A stretch of 63,805 bases of DNA, filler included, from Octopus bimaculoides (Eukaryota), in NCBI RefSeq assembly GCF_001194135.2. It is 5 parts of 5 records of this genome, joined end to end, with 100 filler letters (N's around TTAATTAATTAA, not from the genome) between each part and the next. Parts side by side here need not be neighbours in the genome. Positions count along the whole stretch, not along the records: positions 1 to 29,360 come from NC_068981.1; 4 more parts are not named here. One strand, given 5' to 3'. Both the position numbers and the translations under genes were made by a program. Below are positions 1 through 12,989 of the stretch, one piece after another. Each line of letters starts with the position of its first letter. The stretch's first letter is position 1. A model generated the notes under the pieces. The model was not told the DNA's origin. It saw nothing but the letters and a program-made list of their open reading frames with translations, and searched no databases.

Positions 1-37
<37 letters not shown>

Positions 38-64
38 TAAATATAGATATATATATATATATAT
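1..64. repeat. (AT)n microsatellite
   Basis: Direct dinucleotide run with short interruptions. Confidence 0.9.
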
Positions 65-1717
65 ATATGGAATATATGAGAATTTATTATTAATCACGAG
101 AGCTGTTTCGACACATCTAGCATTGTGTTCATTTCTCATTTTTACCATCTGTTATTTTATTTAATGGCTGTGCTTCGCCAGTAAGCTACCAGGTGCAAAC
201 CATTCGTTTTAGTATCCATTATATGAATAAATATATAAATATATATATATATGGCATTTGAGTTTCATATGGTGGCTTGTTCAAGCAGTTAACACAGATT
301 TTGCCAAAAAGTTTGACTCTACACTTAGTATTGAGTCCTCTAATCAGTAAATGTTCCATTGTTATGCTTAAAACTTGCTTTAAAATAATAACCTCAGATT
401 AATGTAAGTGTGTGTACAAGTGTATATGAACATAAGATTGTTGGCATGTTGTGTGTGTGTGTGTTTGTGGTTATGTGTCTTTTGCTGAAATATATCAACA
501 AAGATCATCATTGAGAAAAAACAAAGTGTTTTCAAATAAAACTCTCCAAGAGGGTATTTGTTCTTCCACTTTCGATAGTCCCTAATCACTTGCATTATCA
601 AGTGACAAGAGATTATATATATGCAATGAACTAATGATTTACCCACTGGAAACCTGTAATCAATTATACTTTTGTTCATAAATTACTTGATACAAAATTT
701 TTAAAAAATAAAAAGTAAACAAAAGCAGAAAAGATATAAGATGTGCAACAATTGTAGAGGAAGGTGTCAAGTATGATCGAATGAACAGCAATGCAAAGTC
801 AAGAGACAGTTGGGGCAGTGCAAGAAAAAAATAAAGAGAATAGCAAACACATCAATTGGTTTGTTGACTGGTATGAGTGTATTGGTGCAGACATGTTATT
901 ATAAGTGGATGTGGATAATACATGCTGATTACAGAAATTATAAGAGTTAGAAAGAAGTAAATGATTCAGTAGACCTAAGATGAAACACGCATAACAAACC
1001 GAAGATAAGGAGATGAACCCTAGACTGAGATTTCACATATGGAAAGATGTAGAATCCAGGTCAACATAGAAAAGTATTTACTGTGATTAGTAATGATAAT
1101 CAAGATCTTCATTTTTTTTTTTTCCTTTCATCTTTGAATAAAGACAAAAGACACTGCCTATGACCTTTTATAAGCGCTTTCGGACTTGTGAGAAGGAGAA
1201 GAGAGAGAGATGTATCCTTAAACAGGAAGTCTGGCCTAAATACTTGCAAAAGAGTGAAGTTTACAAAAGGGAGCGAAGGACCAAGTGATTAAAAAACAGA
1301 AAAATAATTCATGAACTTTTGTATTTTCTAACCTAGTGAAGTTGGCTTATTCTTCTGCTTCTTCTCATATCCATAGAAATATCAGTCTTTGTATTACAAT
1401 TAAAAAAATCTAACAGGTGGATTGAATTCTAATTATAAATGTAGGACATATGTCTAACCATGTTATATTGTAGTTGAAAATTATAATCCAGTTCAGTTAT
1501 AGTTGTTATATTCCTTTTACATTGTATACTTCTTTTTTATAGAACAAGTCAATGAGGAGGCATCAGCATGAACACTCTACCAACCAGAAACAACAGTCAT
1601 ATCCACGGTACTGACTTACAAAAACATTTAATATACTTTAAAGTATATCATGGTTGCATAATGAAATACTGCATCCCTACAAGTCATTAATATCCACATC
1701 CACACAACATAAATTAG

Positions 1718-4185
1718 TGAAGAATGTACCCCCATCCACCCCAGCAAGGACTAGTCTTTATTAGTGGCTTTGGACTTCAGGCTAGAAGGATGCTAAGAAG
1801 CAGGTCAATCTGGAAAAGAAGGATTTGGAAGCTTAAGGATCCTTTATGTGGTCAGAGATTTAGGGACACCCTAACTGAGAAATTTGACGAGAAGGAGAAA
1901 CTACAGACCTGTGTCGTAGAGAGCAACTGGGGGACAGCTTACTGAGTACCACAGACCAAATCTACAGCTGATGCAAAGTCCCAACCAAACCTCGGGTGAT
2001 GTGGTGGTGGAATGATGCTGTACACAAGGTCATTAGAGCAAAAAAACAGGACTGGAAGAGTGGTGGTAGCAGGGAACTATATCACGTAGCTAGGAGAGAG
2101 GCTAGAAGACAGGTGTAGATAGCCAGGGGAGAAGCAGAAAGGAGGAAGTTTGCCAATGTTCTGCATTATAAGGATCAGAGGCTTGAAGTGTTTCAATCTG
2201 CTAGACAGTGTATCAGAGAAAGTCATGATGTGGTAAGGGAGAAATGTTTGCATAGATGATGGCTCACTTGCAGTTAGTGATTCTGCAAAGAAGGAGGCTT
2301 GCAAGTGCCACTATGAAAGGCTGCTGAATGTGGACCCAACAAATGCTAGCTATTTGAATCAACAGTAACTTAGTAGATAAAACAATTAAGGATATAAAGA
2401 CAGGGAAAGCGTCCAGCCCACCATGCTTAAAATCGTTGGCGGAGTGGGATATAACCTGGTCACCCATATAGTCAATCAAGTTGTCCACAAGGGGGTCATA
2501 CCCAATGACTGACATTATAGTCAACTGCTACAAAGGCAAAGGTGATGCCCTAGACAGAAATGATTACAGGGGTGTCAAATAGCTGGACCAGATGTTGAAA
2601 GTTGCAGAAAGGATCATAGATGAAATGCAGTTTGGATTTGTGCCAGGGATAAGCACCATCATAGCTGTCTTTCTGGTGAGACAATGGAAGGAGAAATACC
2701 TGGCCAGAAATAAACCCCTGTCTCTGGCTTTTGTTGACATAGAGAAAGCTTTTGAAAGGGTCCCCTGCTCTCTTATTTGGTGAGCAATGTGGAAGCTAGG
2801 GATAGATGAGAGGTTAGTGAGAGTTGTGCAAACCATGTACAGGGATGCTGTTAGTAAGGTGAGAGTCGCCAATGAGTATAGGAAGAAGTTTAGTGTACAA
2901 GTAGGAGTTCACCAAGTGTCGATTTTTATCCCCAACTCCAAACTACAACTAAGGAATTTAAGACTGGATGCCCCTGGGAGCTTCTCTATGCTGATGACCT
3001 GGTTCTTATTGCTGAATCAGTACCAGAACTAGAGAAGAAATTTCAGGTATGGAAGCAAGGTCTGGAATTAAAGGGCCTTAGAATTAACGTAGCAAAGACC
3101 AAAGTATTGATTAGTAGGAAAACAGACAAATCACAAGCACTTTCAGGGAGATGGCCCTACTTGATACATGTCAGGAAAAACTCCATAAGGTGTACCCAGT
3201 GCAAGCTGTGGGCACGTAAGAGGTATCACTGGATGACAAATGGAGAAAGTAGTCTTTACATGTGACAGATGTACAGGTACATTACACATCAGGAATGTAA
3301 AAAAAAAATAGACTTCCTCTTATGCCAGGGGGGATCCCTAGAAGTAGTAGACAGTTTCCATTACTTAGGTGACCAAGTTAGTAGTGGGGGTGGTCATTCC
3401 GAAATCATAGCTGCTAGAATAAGAATAGGCTGGGTGAAGTCCAGAGAGCTACTATATCTGTTAGTAACAAAGGGCCTTTCCCTCAGAGTGAAAGGCAGAG
3501 TGTATGATGCCTATGTACAGACAACTATGCTACATGGCAGTGAGACATGGGCTGTGACTATTGAGGATATGTGAGGACTAGAAATAAGTGAGGCCAGTAT
3601 GCTTCACTAGATGGGTAATGTCAGTGTGCATATACAATAGAGCGTGATTTGAGAGAAAAAGTGGGTATATGTAGCATCAGATGTAGTGTGCTAGAGAGAA
3701 GACGGCGCTGGTATGAATGAGGATAGTTGCATCAAGAGGTGCTGATCTCAAATTGTAGAGGGAACATATGGAAGAGGTAGACCCAGGAAGACATGGGATG
3801 AAGTGGTGAGAAAGGATCTACAAACGTTGGGACTCACAGAGAGGATGACAAGGGACTGAAACTCCTGGCAGTTTGCTGTACTTAAAAAGACATGCCAAGT
3901 TAAGTAAAATGTGGTTGCCCTTGCATCCAGGCTTACTCCTTGAGACCCTCTCCAGCTGAGCTTCCCTAATCTTGTGGGCTTGTAAGTGCTGGTGCCACAT
4001 AAAAAGCACCCATGCCAGTGCTGCGTAAATACACTCTGTAAAGTGGTTGGTGTTAGGAAAGGCATCCAGCGATAGAAACCATACCAAAACAGACATGGAG
4101 CCTGAACAACCCTTTAGCTGGCCAGCTTCTGCCAAACTGTCCAACCCATGCCAGCATGGAAATGGATGTTAAATGATGATGATCA
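1718..4185 (+). mobile_element. Decayed, 5'-truncated RTE-clade LINE (EN-RT linker, RT, 3' UTR, (GAT)n tail)
   Basis: Broken frames give WKRRIWKLKDP, EMQFGFVPGISTIIAVFLVRQ..EKYLARNKPLSLAFVDIEKAFERVP, VGVHQ and LEVVDSFHYLGDQVS..TMLHGSETWAV. It ends in ccatgccagcatggaaatggatgttaaatgatgatgat. Many stops and frameshifts. Confidence 0.9.
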
Positions 4186-4754
4186 TCATCATCATCGTCG
4201 TCTTCAAAAAATGAGACATTGGAATTATGTTCATTTAGAATACACTATGTGAGAAAGGAAGAGAGCTTGACTATGGCTTCGACACCTTTAATCATTGGTC
4301 TTTTGGAACAGAGTTGACTGAAAGCTGAATAATAGCAACTTTTAAAGAACGCTTCTAAATAACAAAAGAAAACAATACAGAAGTGTAACAACCACAAGTG
4401 TATATAAACAAACTTTTAATAAGAAATATGGTTAGAGAATTAAAAGAAAGAGTAGAGCAGCAAACACATTCATATTTATCTCTCTTACCAAAAGATTCAA
4501 AATAATATTAACCAATGGCTAGTATTGCTTTCTCTTCAATAATTGCTTCTATTTTTTTTATTATTAGTTGGCTTTTAATGCTTTCTATATTAAATATGTT
4601 AACACTAACATGATAATTTTATTTTTATCATTAAGCAGATGCTAGAGCATTTTATTCTCTGAATATATTTTACCACAATTACTGTACACTGTAGTACATT
4701 TACTTAGTGATTCTTTCCTCATTACAAGCTTGGGAAGTAGGCATAAAATAATTC

Positions 4755-4915
4755 TTTCTACTAGAGGCACAAAACTTGGAATTTTGTGGAAAGGGGCTGG
4801 TTAATTACATTGACCCCTTTGCTCAACCGGTACTTCTTTTATCAACCCTGAAAGGTCAGCCTTGAAAGGATGAAAGCAAAGTTGACCACAACTAAATTTG
4901 AAACCAGGACATTAA
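4755..4915 (-). mobile_element. Degraded SINE family A fragment
   Basis: Similar to the reverse complement of the intact copy at 34266 (ttgacccc..ggtact..gaaagg..aaagttgacc..aatttgaa). Confidence 0.55.
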
Positions 4916-4962
4916 CTACAATGTTGGTAGTAGTAATGATGGTGGTGGTGATGATGATGATG

Positions 4963-6707
4963 AAATTCCTAGCCAAAGATAAACCTCTGTACTTGGCTTT
5001 CATTGACATGGAGAAAGCCTTTGACAGGGTCTCCCAATCCCTTATCCGATGGTCAATGTGGAAACTAGGGATAGATGAGTGGTTAGTGAGAATTGTACAA
5101 GCCATGTACAGGGGTGCTGTCAGTAAGGTGAGAGTTGGCAACGAGCATAGTGAAGAATTCCAGGTAAAAGTAGGGGTTCACCAAGAATCAGTCCTCAGCC
5201 CCCTCTTGTTCATCATAGTCCTGCAGGCAATAACAGAGGAATTCAAAACACGCTGTCCCAGGAGCTCTTCTATGCTGATGACCTTGCTCTAATAGTTGAG
5301 TCACTACCAGAACTAGAGAAGTTTCAGGTGTGGAAGCAAGGTCTAGAATCGAAGAGCCTTAAGAGTCAATATAGCAGACGAATCACAAATCCCTTCTGGT
5401 AGATGGCCCTGCTCAATCTGCAGAAAAGGCATAGCTAGAAACTCCATAAGATGTACCTGGTGTAAGCTATGGACATATAAGAGGGGCAGCATTATCAAAG
5501 GAAGGTTAACTGGGAAGATAGTTTTGTGTGTGGCAGATGCACAGGGACAATAAACACCAAAGATGTACAGAAAACAGATTCCATCACATGCCGGGGGAAA
5601 AACTAGAAGTAGTTGATAGCTTGTTACCCAACTGACCAAGTCAGTAGTGGGGGTGGATGCTCTGAGAGCATAGCTGCTAGAATAAGAATAGCCTGGGCAA
5701 AATTCAAAGAGCCCGTATCTCTGCTGGTAACAAAGGGCCTCTTGCTCAGAGTGAAAGGTAGACTGTATGATGCCTGCATGTTACACGGCAGTGAAACATG
5801 GGCTGTAACTGCTGAGGAAATGCACAGGCTTGAAAGAAATGGAGCTAGTATGCTCCATTGGATGTGTAACGTCAGAGTACATACATGACAGAGTAAGCAC
5901 CCTGAGAGAAAAATTGGACATAAGAAACATCAGATGTGATGTTCAAGAGAGACAACTGTGCTGGTATGGTCATGTGTTGCGTATGGATGAGGATAGCTGT
6001 GTGAAGAAGTGTCGCACCCTAACAGTGGAGGGAACCTATGGAAGAGGTAGACCCAAGAATATCTGGGATGAGGTGGTGAAGCACAACCTTCGAATATTGG
6101 GCCTCACAGACAAGTGGCCGAAGCCTTTGGAGATATGCTGTGCTTGAGAAGACCCAGCCAGCCAAATGAGATCATGTCATGTCCATGGCCGATGTCAGTG
6201 TTGCATAACTGGCCCGTTTAAAAGTACCCTACAATCGTCGGGCAATATGCTATGCATGAGAAGACCTGTTGAGTCAAGTGAAATTGTGGTCATGGCCAAT
6301 GCCAGTGCCACCTGCCTGGCACCCGTGCTGGTGGCACGTAAAAGGCATCATTCAAGTGTCGCCAATGCCACTGCCACCTGACTGGCTCCTGTGCTGGTGG
6401 TACATAAAAAGCACCACCCAAGCATGGTTGATGCCAGTGCTGCCTGGCTGGGTCCCTTGCCGGTGGCACGCAAAAAAGCACCACTCAAGCATGGTCGATG
6501 CCAGTGCCACCTGACTGACTCCTGTGCCAGTGGCACATCAAAAGTACCCACTACACTATCAGAGTGGTTGGCATTAGGAAGGGCATCCAGCTATAGAAAC
6601 CTTGCCAGAACAGATTGGAGCCTGGTGCAGCCTCCTGACTTGCCAGTTGTCAGTCAAACCGACCAACCCATACCAGAACGGAAAGCAGACGTTAAAAGAT
6701 GATGATA
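4963..6707 (+). mobile_element. Decayed, 5'-truncated RTE-clade LINE (second copy)
   Basis: KFLAKDKPLYLAFIDMEKAFDRV, VGVHQESVLSPLLFIIVLQAITEEF, a frameshifted LYADDL, MLHGSETWAV and GRGRPKNIWDEVV. The 3' tail is gcagacgttaaaagatgatgat. ATG/GAT repeats flank both ends. Confidence 0.92.
6299..6560 (+). repeat. About 4 x 66-bp GC-rich tandem repeat inside the RTE 3' UTR
   Basis: atgccagtgc-like unit starts at 6299, 6365, 6431 and 6498. Confidence 0.85.
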
Positions 6708-6904
6708 TCTATCTGCTACAAAAATTGAACTTATCAATTAATTAGTAATTGGACTAAGTGATAATTAAATTTAAAAGAAAGACTGTAAATTATAGATTAT
6801 TACAAAACCTATTCCAACTATTCTTCACTACTACCGCAACCACTACAAAAAAAAAACAAAAGGAATTACTGTAACTGAATAGCATTTAAAAAAAAGATTT
6901 TTAA

Positions 6905-7032
<128 letters not shown>

Positions 7033-7316
7033 CCTCCCACCAGGGGCTGTGTGGTTAATCTGCTAGTCTACTGACCTCATGATTGAGTTCAAACATTGCT
7101 GGCAGTTATAGTGTTGTAATTATTGCAATCTGAAGAAAGGTACATAATTTTGCCTCAGTCTACCTAGCTGATAAGAGACTCCACTTCCACTTCAAAGTAA
7201 AGTATGTAACAATAAAAATAAATAATAAACTATGTGCTGCAATAACATGAAGGTGTTCACAAAAACAAGGCACAATACCATCCTTCCTCCAACAACAACA
7301 ATAACAATAACAATAC

Positions 7317-7331
7317 CTCCAGGCTCTTGTG
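7317..7331 (-). CDS. Candidate 15-nt micro-exon (phase 1-1, TQEPG) of an unidentified minus-strand gene
   Basis: cgtttccttgttag|CACAAGAGCCTGGAG|gtattg; continues the reading frame of the 7839-7949 exon. Confidence 0.3.
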
Positions 7332-7838
7332 CTAACAAGGAAACGATGAATGGTAGACAGTCAAGAAAAATGAAAACAGAATTGTCACAATATTGTTAGT
7401 AATATCACTGTAAGAGAAGCAATATTAACATTTTGAATTAAGACAAAGAAAAAACAGACATTCATGCCTACACAATACAATCTGTGAGTGATCTACAACA
7501 GAAACATCAACAACAAAAACAAATAATTAACATGCAACCATGATAGACAAAAGCATAAGCAAACTATATTTCCTATTAAAACAAAACAAGAAAAGCAAGC
7601 TGATATAAAGGTACTACTTATTAGCATCTAATTTCTTTCCCCTCCTCTCTCCATTCATGCTAGCACAGGTTGGACAGACAGATAATTTATTAGTGTTAAT
7701 ATTAATTAAAAGCTGTAGATATATAAAAAGAAAGGCAATAGGGAGAAGAAAAAAAAGAAAATTATGACCAATAGACACAAAAGGAATAAAAATAAATCAT
7801 GAAAACTAATCAGCCAGTGAGATGAATGATTGTCATAC

Positions 7839-7949
7839 TTATGCCAGCACAGAAATGCTGAGTATTATAATCGGCTGTTAAGATCTGTTTTATGAGATGT
7901 GATGATGCACGAGAAGTTTCTTGCCGGTTCAATGGTCTCCAGTCCCAAC
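7839..7949 (-). CDS. Candidate 111-nt symmetric exon (phase 1-1; WDWRPLNRQETSRASSHLIKQILTADYNTQHFCAGI)
   Basis: gttgttatattgcag|...|gtatga; length is divisible by 3 and the exon is open only in phase 1. Confidence 0.45.
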
Positions 7950-8063
7950 CTGCAATATAACAACAACAATAACAAACAGATATTATTACAAGGATTCATA
8001 CTGATAATGTTTTAGCCTGTATTGAGAACAGACCAAGAGGCACACAAATTTCTTTTTGCATAC

Positions 8064-8145
8064 CAAATTGAGTAGGCTGCATGTACAACAAAATGGATCT
8101 GAGCAGCCTTGAGGATTTTCATCGAATCAACTATCAAAATTCCAG
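8064..8145 (-). CDS. Candidate 82-nt exon (GILIVDSMKILKAAQIHFVVHAAYSI), frame-shifting relative to the phase-1 chain
   Basis: tttttaatttacag|...|gtatgc; open only as phase 1 to 2, which would introduce a stop in the next exon. Confidence 0.2.
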
Positions 8146-8516
8146 CTGTAAATTAAAAAAAATTTCCTAAAATATTTCATTAATATATTTGACAACAGTT
8201 ATTCAGAGTTACAATAATTGCAACATGTGTAAAGTATTTTGAACTTTACACATTTATTTTCAGATTTGGTTTTAAGCATGCTTTGTTAATGACATGTTAT
8301 TCGTGCCAGTCATAGCATTGCATTTAATGTCTGCTTTTTCCATGCAAGGATGTATTTCACAGGAATAAATTTACATAAGGTTTTTATAGTTGGATGCACT
8401 TCTGTTGCCAACCATTCCTTCTTTCTCAAGTAAGAGATTGTTACGGCAGGGGAATTTCAAAAGAAAAGGGCCCTTTACATGTATATACATATATATGTTT
8501 ATATATACATAAAAAA

Positions 8517-8559
<43 letters not shown>

Positions 8560-9574
8560 NNNNNNNNNNNNNNNNNNNNNNNNNNNNNNNNNNNNNNNNN
8601 NNNNNNNNNNNNNNNNNNNNNNNNNNNNNNNNNNNNNNNNNNNNNNNNNNNNNNNNNNNNNNNNNNNNNNNNNNNNNNNNNNNNNNNNNNNNNNNNNNNN
8701 NNNNNNNNNNNNNNNNNNNNNNNNNNNNNNNNNNNNNNNNNNNNNNNNNNNNNNNNNNNNNNNNNNNNNNNNNNNNNNNNNNNNNNNNNNNNNNNNNNNN
8801 NNNNNNNNNNNNNNNNNNNNNNNNNNNNNNNNNNNNNNNNNNNNNNNNNNNNNNNNNNNNNNNNNNNNNNNNNNNNNNNNNNNNNNNNNNNNNNNNNNNN
8901 NNNNNNNNNNNNNNNNNNNNNNNNNNNNNNNNNNNNNNNNNNNNNNNNNNNNNNNNNNNNNNNNNNNNNNNNNNNNNNNNNNNNNNNNNNNNNNNNNNNN
9001 NNNNNNNNNNNNNNNNNNNNNNNNNNNNNNNNNNNNNNNNNNNNNNNNNNNNNNNNNNNNNNNNNNNNNNNNNNNNNNNNNNNNNNNNNNNNNNNNNNNN
9101 NNNNNNNNNNNNNNNNNNNNNNNNNNNNNNNNNNNNNNNNNNNNNNNNNNNNNNNNNNNNNNNNNNNNNNNNNNNNNNNNNNNNNNNNNNNNNNNNNNNN
9201 NNNNNNNNNNNNNNNNNNNNNNNNNNNNNNNNNNNNNNNNNNNNNNNNNNNNNNNNNNNNNNNNNNNNNNNNNNNNNNNNNNNNNNNNNNNNNNNNNNNN
9301 NNNNNNNNNNNNNNNNNNNNNNNNNNNNNNNNNNNNNNNNNNNNNNNNNNNNNNNNNNNNNNNNNNNNNNNNNNNNNNNNNNNNNNNNNNNNNNNNNNNN
9401 NNNNNNNNNNNNNNNNNNNNNNNNNNNNNNNNNNNNNNNNNNNNNNNNTATATGTGTATATATATACACAATATATATACATATGTGTATATATATACAC
9501 AAAGATATATATATATACAAATACATATATATATATGTACGTATGTATGTATATGTATATATATATATACATAT

Positions 9575-9630
<56 letters not shown>
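9575..9630. repeat. (ATAG)n microsatellite, the tail of the adjacent CR1 fragment
   Basis: Direct; abuts the 3' end of the CR1 fragment. Confidence 0.85.
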
Positions 9631-9860
9631 CTCAGAGCTGCGGCCATGCTGATGCTACACTGTTTTGCAACACTGTTATTATTGAGAGCCTCCTCCAATA
9701 TGTGGCAATTGGTGAAGAATGGAGTTTGATGTAGCTACCCTCATTTGCACCTCTTGCCGTGAGGTAGATTCATCTGGGACTCTTGACAGGAAGAGGTCCA
9801 GCTTTGATTTAAAAACCCCTACATCTACTTTGTGCAGGTTCCTCAGGCTCTTTGTAGATA
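9631..9860 (-). mobile_element. CR1-group LINE 3' end fragment
   Basis: The minus strand reads [56 protein letters not shown], like CR1/L2 ORF2 C-termini (FK..LD.FL..VPD..SNSL..Q). A short UTR and (TATC)n follow. Confidence 0.7.
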
Positions 9861-9908
9861 TATATACACATATATATACACATGTCCGAAGAACGGGAAA
9901 GTATATAT

Positions 9909-9966
9909 AGGCGGTGCTCCAGCATGGCCACAGTCAAAAGACTGAAACAAGTAAAAGAGTAAAAGA

Positions 9967-9968
<2 letters not shown>
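9909..9968 (+). mobile_element. SINE family B 3' tip
   Basis: ggcggtgctccagcatggccacagtcaaaagactgaaacaagtaaaagag matches the family-B tail. Confidence 0.75.
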
Positions 9969-10014
<46 letters not shown>

Positions 10015-10634
10015 NNNNNNNNNNNNNNNNNNNNNNNNNNNNNNNNNNNNNNNNNNNNNNNNNNNNNNNNNNNNNNNNNNNNNNNNNNNNNNNNNNNNNN
10101 NNNNNNNNNNNNNNNNNNNNNNNNNNNNNNNNNNNNNNNNNNNNNNNNNNNNNNNNNNNNNNNNNNNNNNNNNNNNNNNNNNNNNNNNNNNNNNNNNNNN
10201 NNNNNNNNNNNNNNNNNNNNNNNNNNNNNNNNNNNNNNNNNNNNNNNNNNNNNNNNNNNNNNNNNNNNNNNNNNNNNNNNNNNNNNNNNNNNNNNNNNNN
10301 NNNNNNNNNNNNNNNNNNNNNNNNNNNNNNNNNNNNNNNNNNNNNNNNNNNNNNNNNNNNNNNNNNNNNNNNNNNNNNNNNNNNNNNNNNNNNNNNNNNN
10401 NNNNNNNNNNNNNNNNNNNNNNNNNNNNNNNNNNNNNNNNNNNNNNNNNNNNNNNNNNNNNNNNNNNNNNNNNNNNNNNNNNNNNNNNNNNNNNNNNNNN
10501 NNNNNNNNNNNNNNNNNNNNNNNNNNNNNNNNNNNNNNNNNNNNNNNNNNNNNNNNNNNNNNNNNNNNNNNNNNNNNNNNNNNNNNNNNNNNNNNNNNNN
10601 NNNNNNNNNNNNNNNNNNNNNNNNNNNNNNNNNN

Positions 10635-10684
<50 letters not shown>

Positions 10685-10746
10685 CCTACATAAGAATATA
10701 CATAAAAACGTATTATGTACATGTATATATATGTATATATGTATAT

Positions 10747-10960
10747 ATATTCTTTTACTTGTTACAGTTATTTGACTATGGCCTTGCCGGAGCACCACTT
10801 TGAAGGGTCTAATCTGAACAAATCAACCCCTGGACTTTGTTTTAAAGCCTAGTACTTATTCTATCGGTCTCTTTTGTCGACCACTAAGATACGGGTATGT
10901 AAACACACCAACACTGGTTGTAAAGTGGTGATGGGGGGACAAGCACAGACACAAAAACAC
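10747..10960 (-). mobile_element. SINE family B 3' half
   Basis: Matches the 39688-40131 copy (agcctagtacttattctatcggtctcttttg..gtaaacacacca). Confidence 0.75.
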
Positions 10961-10980
10961 ACACATACAATTTACATATA

Positions 10981-11530
10981 TCATCATCATTTAACGTCCG
11001 CTTTCCATGCTAGCATGAGTTGGACAATTTGACTGGGGACTGGTTGAGCGAATGGCTACACCAGACTCCAATCTGATTTGGTAGAGTTTCTACAGCTGGA
11101 TGGCCTTCCTAATGCCAACCAGTCAGAGAGTGTAGTGGGTGTTTTTTACATGCCACCGACACGATGGCCAGTCCAGTAGTACTGGCAACGGCCAAGCTCA
11201 GATGGTGTTTTTTATGTGTCACCTGCACAGGAGTCAGTCCAATATTTTGTTCACATGCCATCGGCACAAGTGGCAGTAAGGCGAAGCTGGAAACGATTGC
11301 GCTCAAATTGTGATTTTTACATGCCACCAGCACGGGAGCGAGACCGCTGCTCTGGCAGTGATCCCGCTCAGATGTTGCTGTTAGCACTCCACTGGCACGG
11401 GTGCCAGTCATCAAATTTGGTTCAGTTTCGATCTTACTTGCCCCAACAGGTCTTCGCAAGCTGAGTTTAGTGTCCAATGAGGGAAGGTTGGCATGGGTGC
11501 CAGCCATCAAATTTGGTTCAATTTTGATTT
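10981..11530 (-). mobile_element. RTE-type 3' UTR/tail element with internal tandem modules
   Basis: catcatcatttaacgtccgctttccatgctagcatg is the reverse complement of the RTE tail. It has repeated ttttacatgccacc modules and a duplicated gggtgccag.catcaaatttggttca. Confidence 0.8.
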
Positions 11531-12332
11531 CGTTTCAAAATGTGGAGTAGATGGAACAGGGACAACTGATGAAGGGATATACTCTTTATCTTGCATGTCT
11601 CGTTTCTCTGTTTGTTTTTTACGTTGTTCGAAAGAAGTTCGTTTTCTGTTTTCATTTCTCATTGTGTTTAACATTTTGTTTGATGTCCTGTACCCATATA
11701 TGCATGTATGTATACATATAGATGTAGGTATGTACATATATGTATGGATATATGCATATATCTATATATTATGCATATTATATATATATATATATNNNNN
11801 NNNNNNNNNNNNNNNNNNNNNNNNNNNNNNNNNNNNNNNNNNNNNNNNNNNNNNNNNNNNNNNNNNNNNNNNNNNNNNNNNNNNNNNNNNNNNNNNNNNN
11901 NNNNNNNNNNNNNNNNNNNNNNNNNNNNNNNNNNNNNNNNNNNNNNNNNNNNNNNNNNNNNNNNNNNNNNNNNNNNNNNNNNNNNNNNNNNNNNNNNNNN
12001 NNNNNNNNNNNNNNNNNNNNNNNNNNNNNNNNNNNNNNNNNNNNNNNNNNNNNNNNNNNNNNNNNNNNNNNNNNNNNNNNNNNNNNNNNNNNNNNNNNNN
12101 NNNNNNNNNNNNNNNNNNNNNNNNNNNNNNNNNNNNNNNNNNNNNNNNNNNNNNNNNNNNNNNNNNNNNNNNNNNNNNNNNNNNNNNNNNNNNNNNNNNN
12201 NNNNNNNNNNNNNNNNNNNNNNNNNNNNNNNNNNNNNNNNNNNNNNNNNNNNNNNNNNNNNNNNNNNNNNNNNNNNNNNNNNNNNNNNNNNNNNNNNNNN
12301 NNNNNNNNNNNNNNNNNNNNNNNNNNNNNNNC

Positions 12333-12535
12333 TATGTTTGTGTTTGTCTCCACCATCACTTGACAACCAATGTTGGTGTGTTTACATCCCCGTAAGCTAG
12401 CATTTTGTCAAAAGAGACCAATAGAATAATTACTTGGCTTACAAAGAATAAGTCCTGCAGTTGATTTGTTCGACCAAAGGTGGTTCTCCAGCATGGCCAG
12501 TCAAATGACTGAAACAAGTAAAAGAATAAAAGAAT
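12333..12535 (+). mobile_element. SINE family B 3' half
   Basis: cacttgacaaccaatgttggtgtgtttacatccccgtaa..ccagcatggccagtcaaatgactgaaacaagtaaaag. Confidence 0.75.
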
Positions 12536-12989
12536 AAGTACCCAGAAGATGGATTTGGTATTAATATTTATTTTGTACAACAGTCATTTCAACCCATCCT
12601 GCTACTGTTCCTTATGGGTGGGACTCCGTTCAACATGTTGTATTGCATCCATTTTGCAGTCAGAGTCTCATAAGGTACATCCGTACATAAAGTTGTGTCT
12701 CACTAAAGATCCTGAGGTTTGGCTATCATGTTGTTATAAGCCTGTCTGGTTAGGGAATGAAACATTGCTACAATTTTCAATTACTATTATCTTTCTATAA
12801 TAAGAATTACAAACATTTGTAAATATAGACAAATAACTGTTGATAAAAAAAAAAAAATTGGTGGGGAGAAGTCAGTGAGGCCTTTTCCATGTTTCAGTAT
12901 TAAAGATGCAAGATATTTTAATGTTTTTTGCTGCCTACTCAAACATGGAAAAGGCCTCACAGAAAAAGAAAAAGACTAAAGAAATATCA

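Noticed and set aside
8064-8145. Reading the in-frame TGA as selenocysteine (WNFDS*FDENPQGCSDPFCC)
   Set aside because: No selenoprotein motif or SECIS is recognisable, and the next exon has further stops in that frame.
11545-11700. CTGATGA (and CTGACGA at about 36501, CTGATGA at about 62395) as hammerhead ribozyme cores
   Set aside because: None is followed by a stem II plus GAAA with closing stems.
8371-12400. Long ORFs full of X (also near 22078-23103, 41282-41838, 49687-50616 and 52906-56551)
   Set aside because: Artefacts of translating N gaps.
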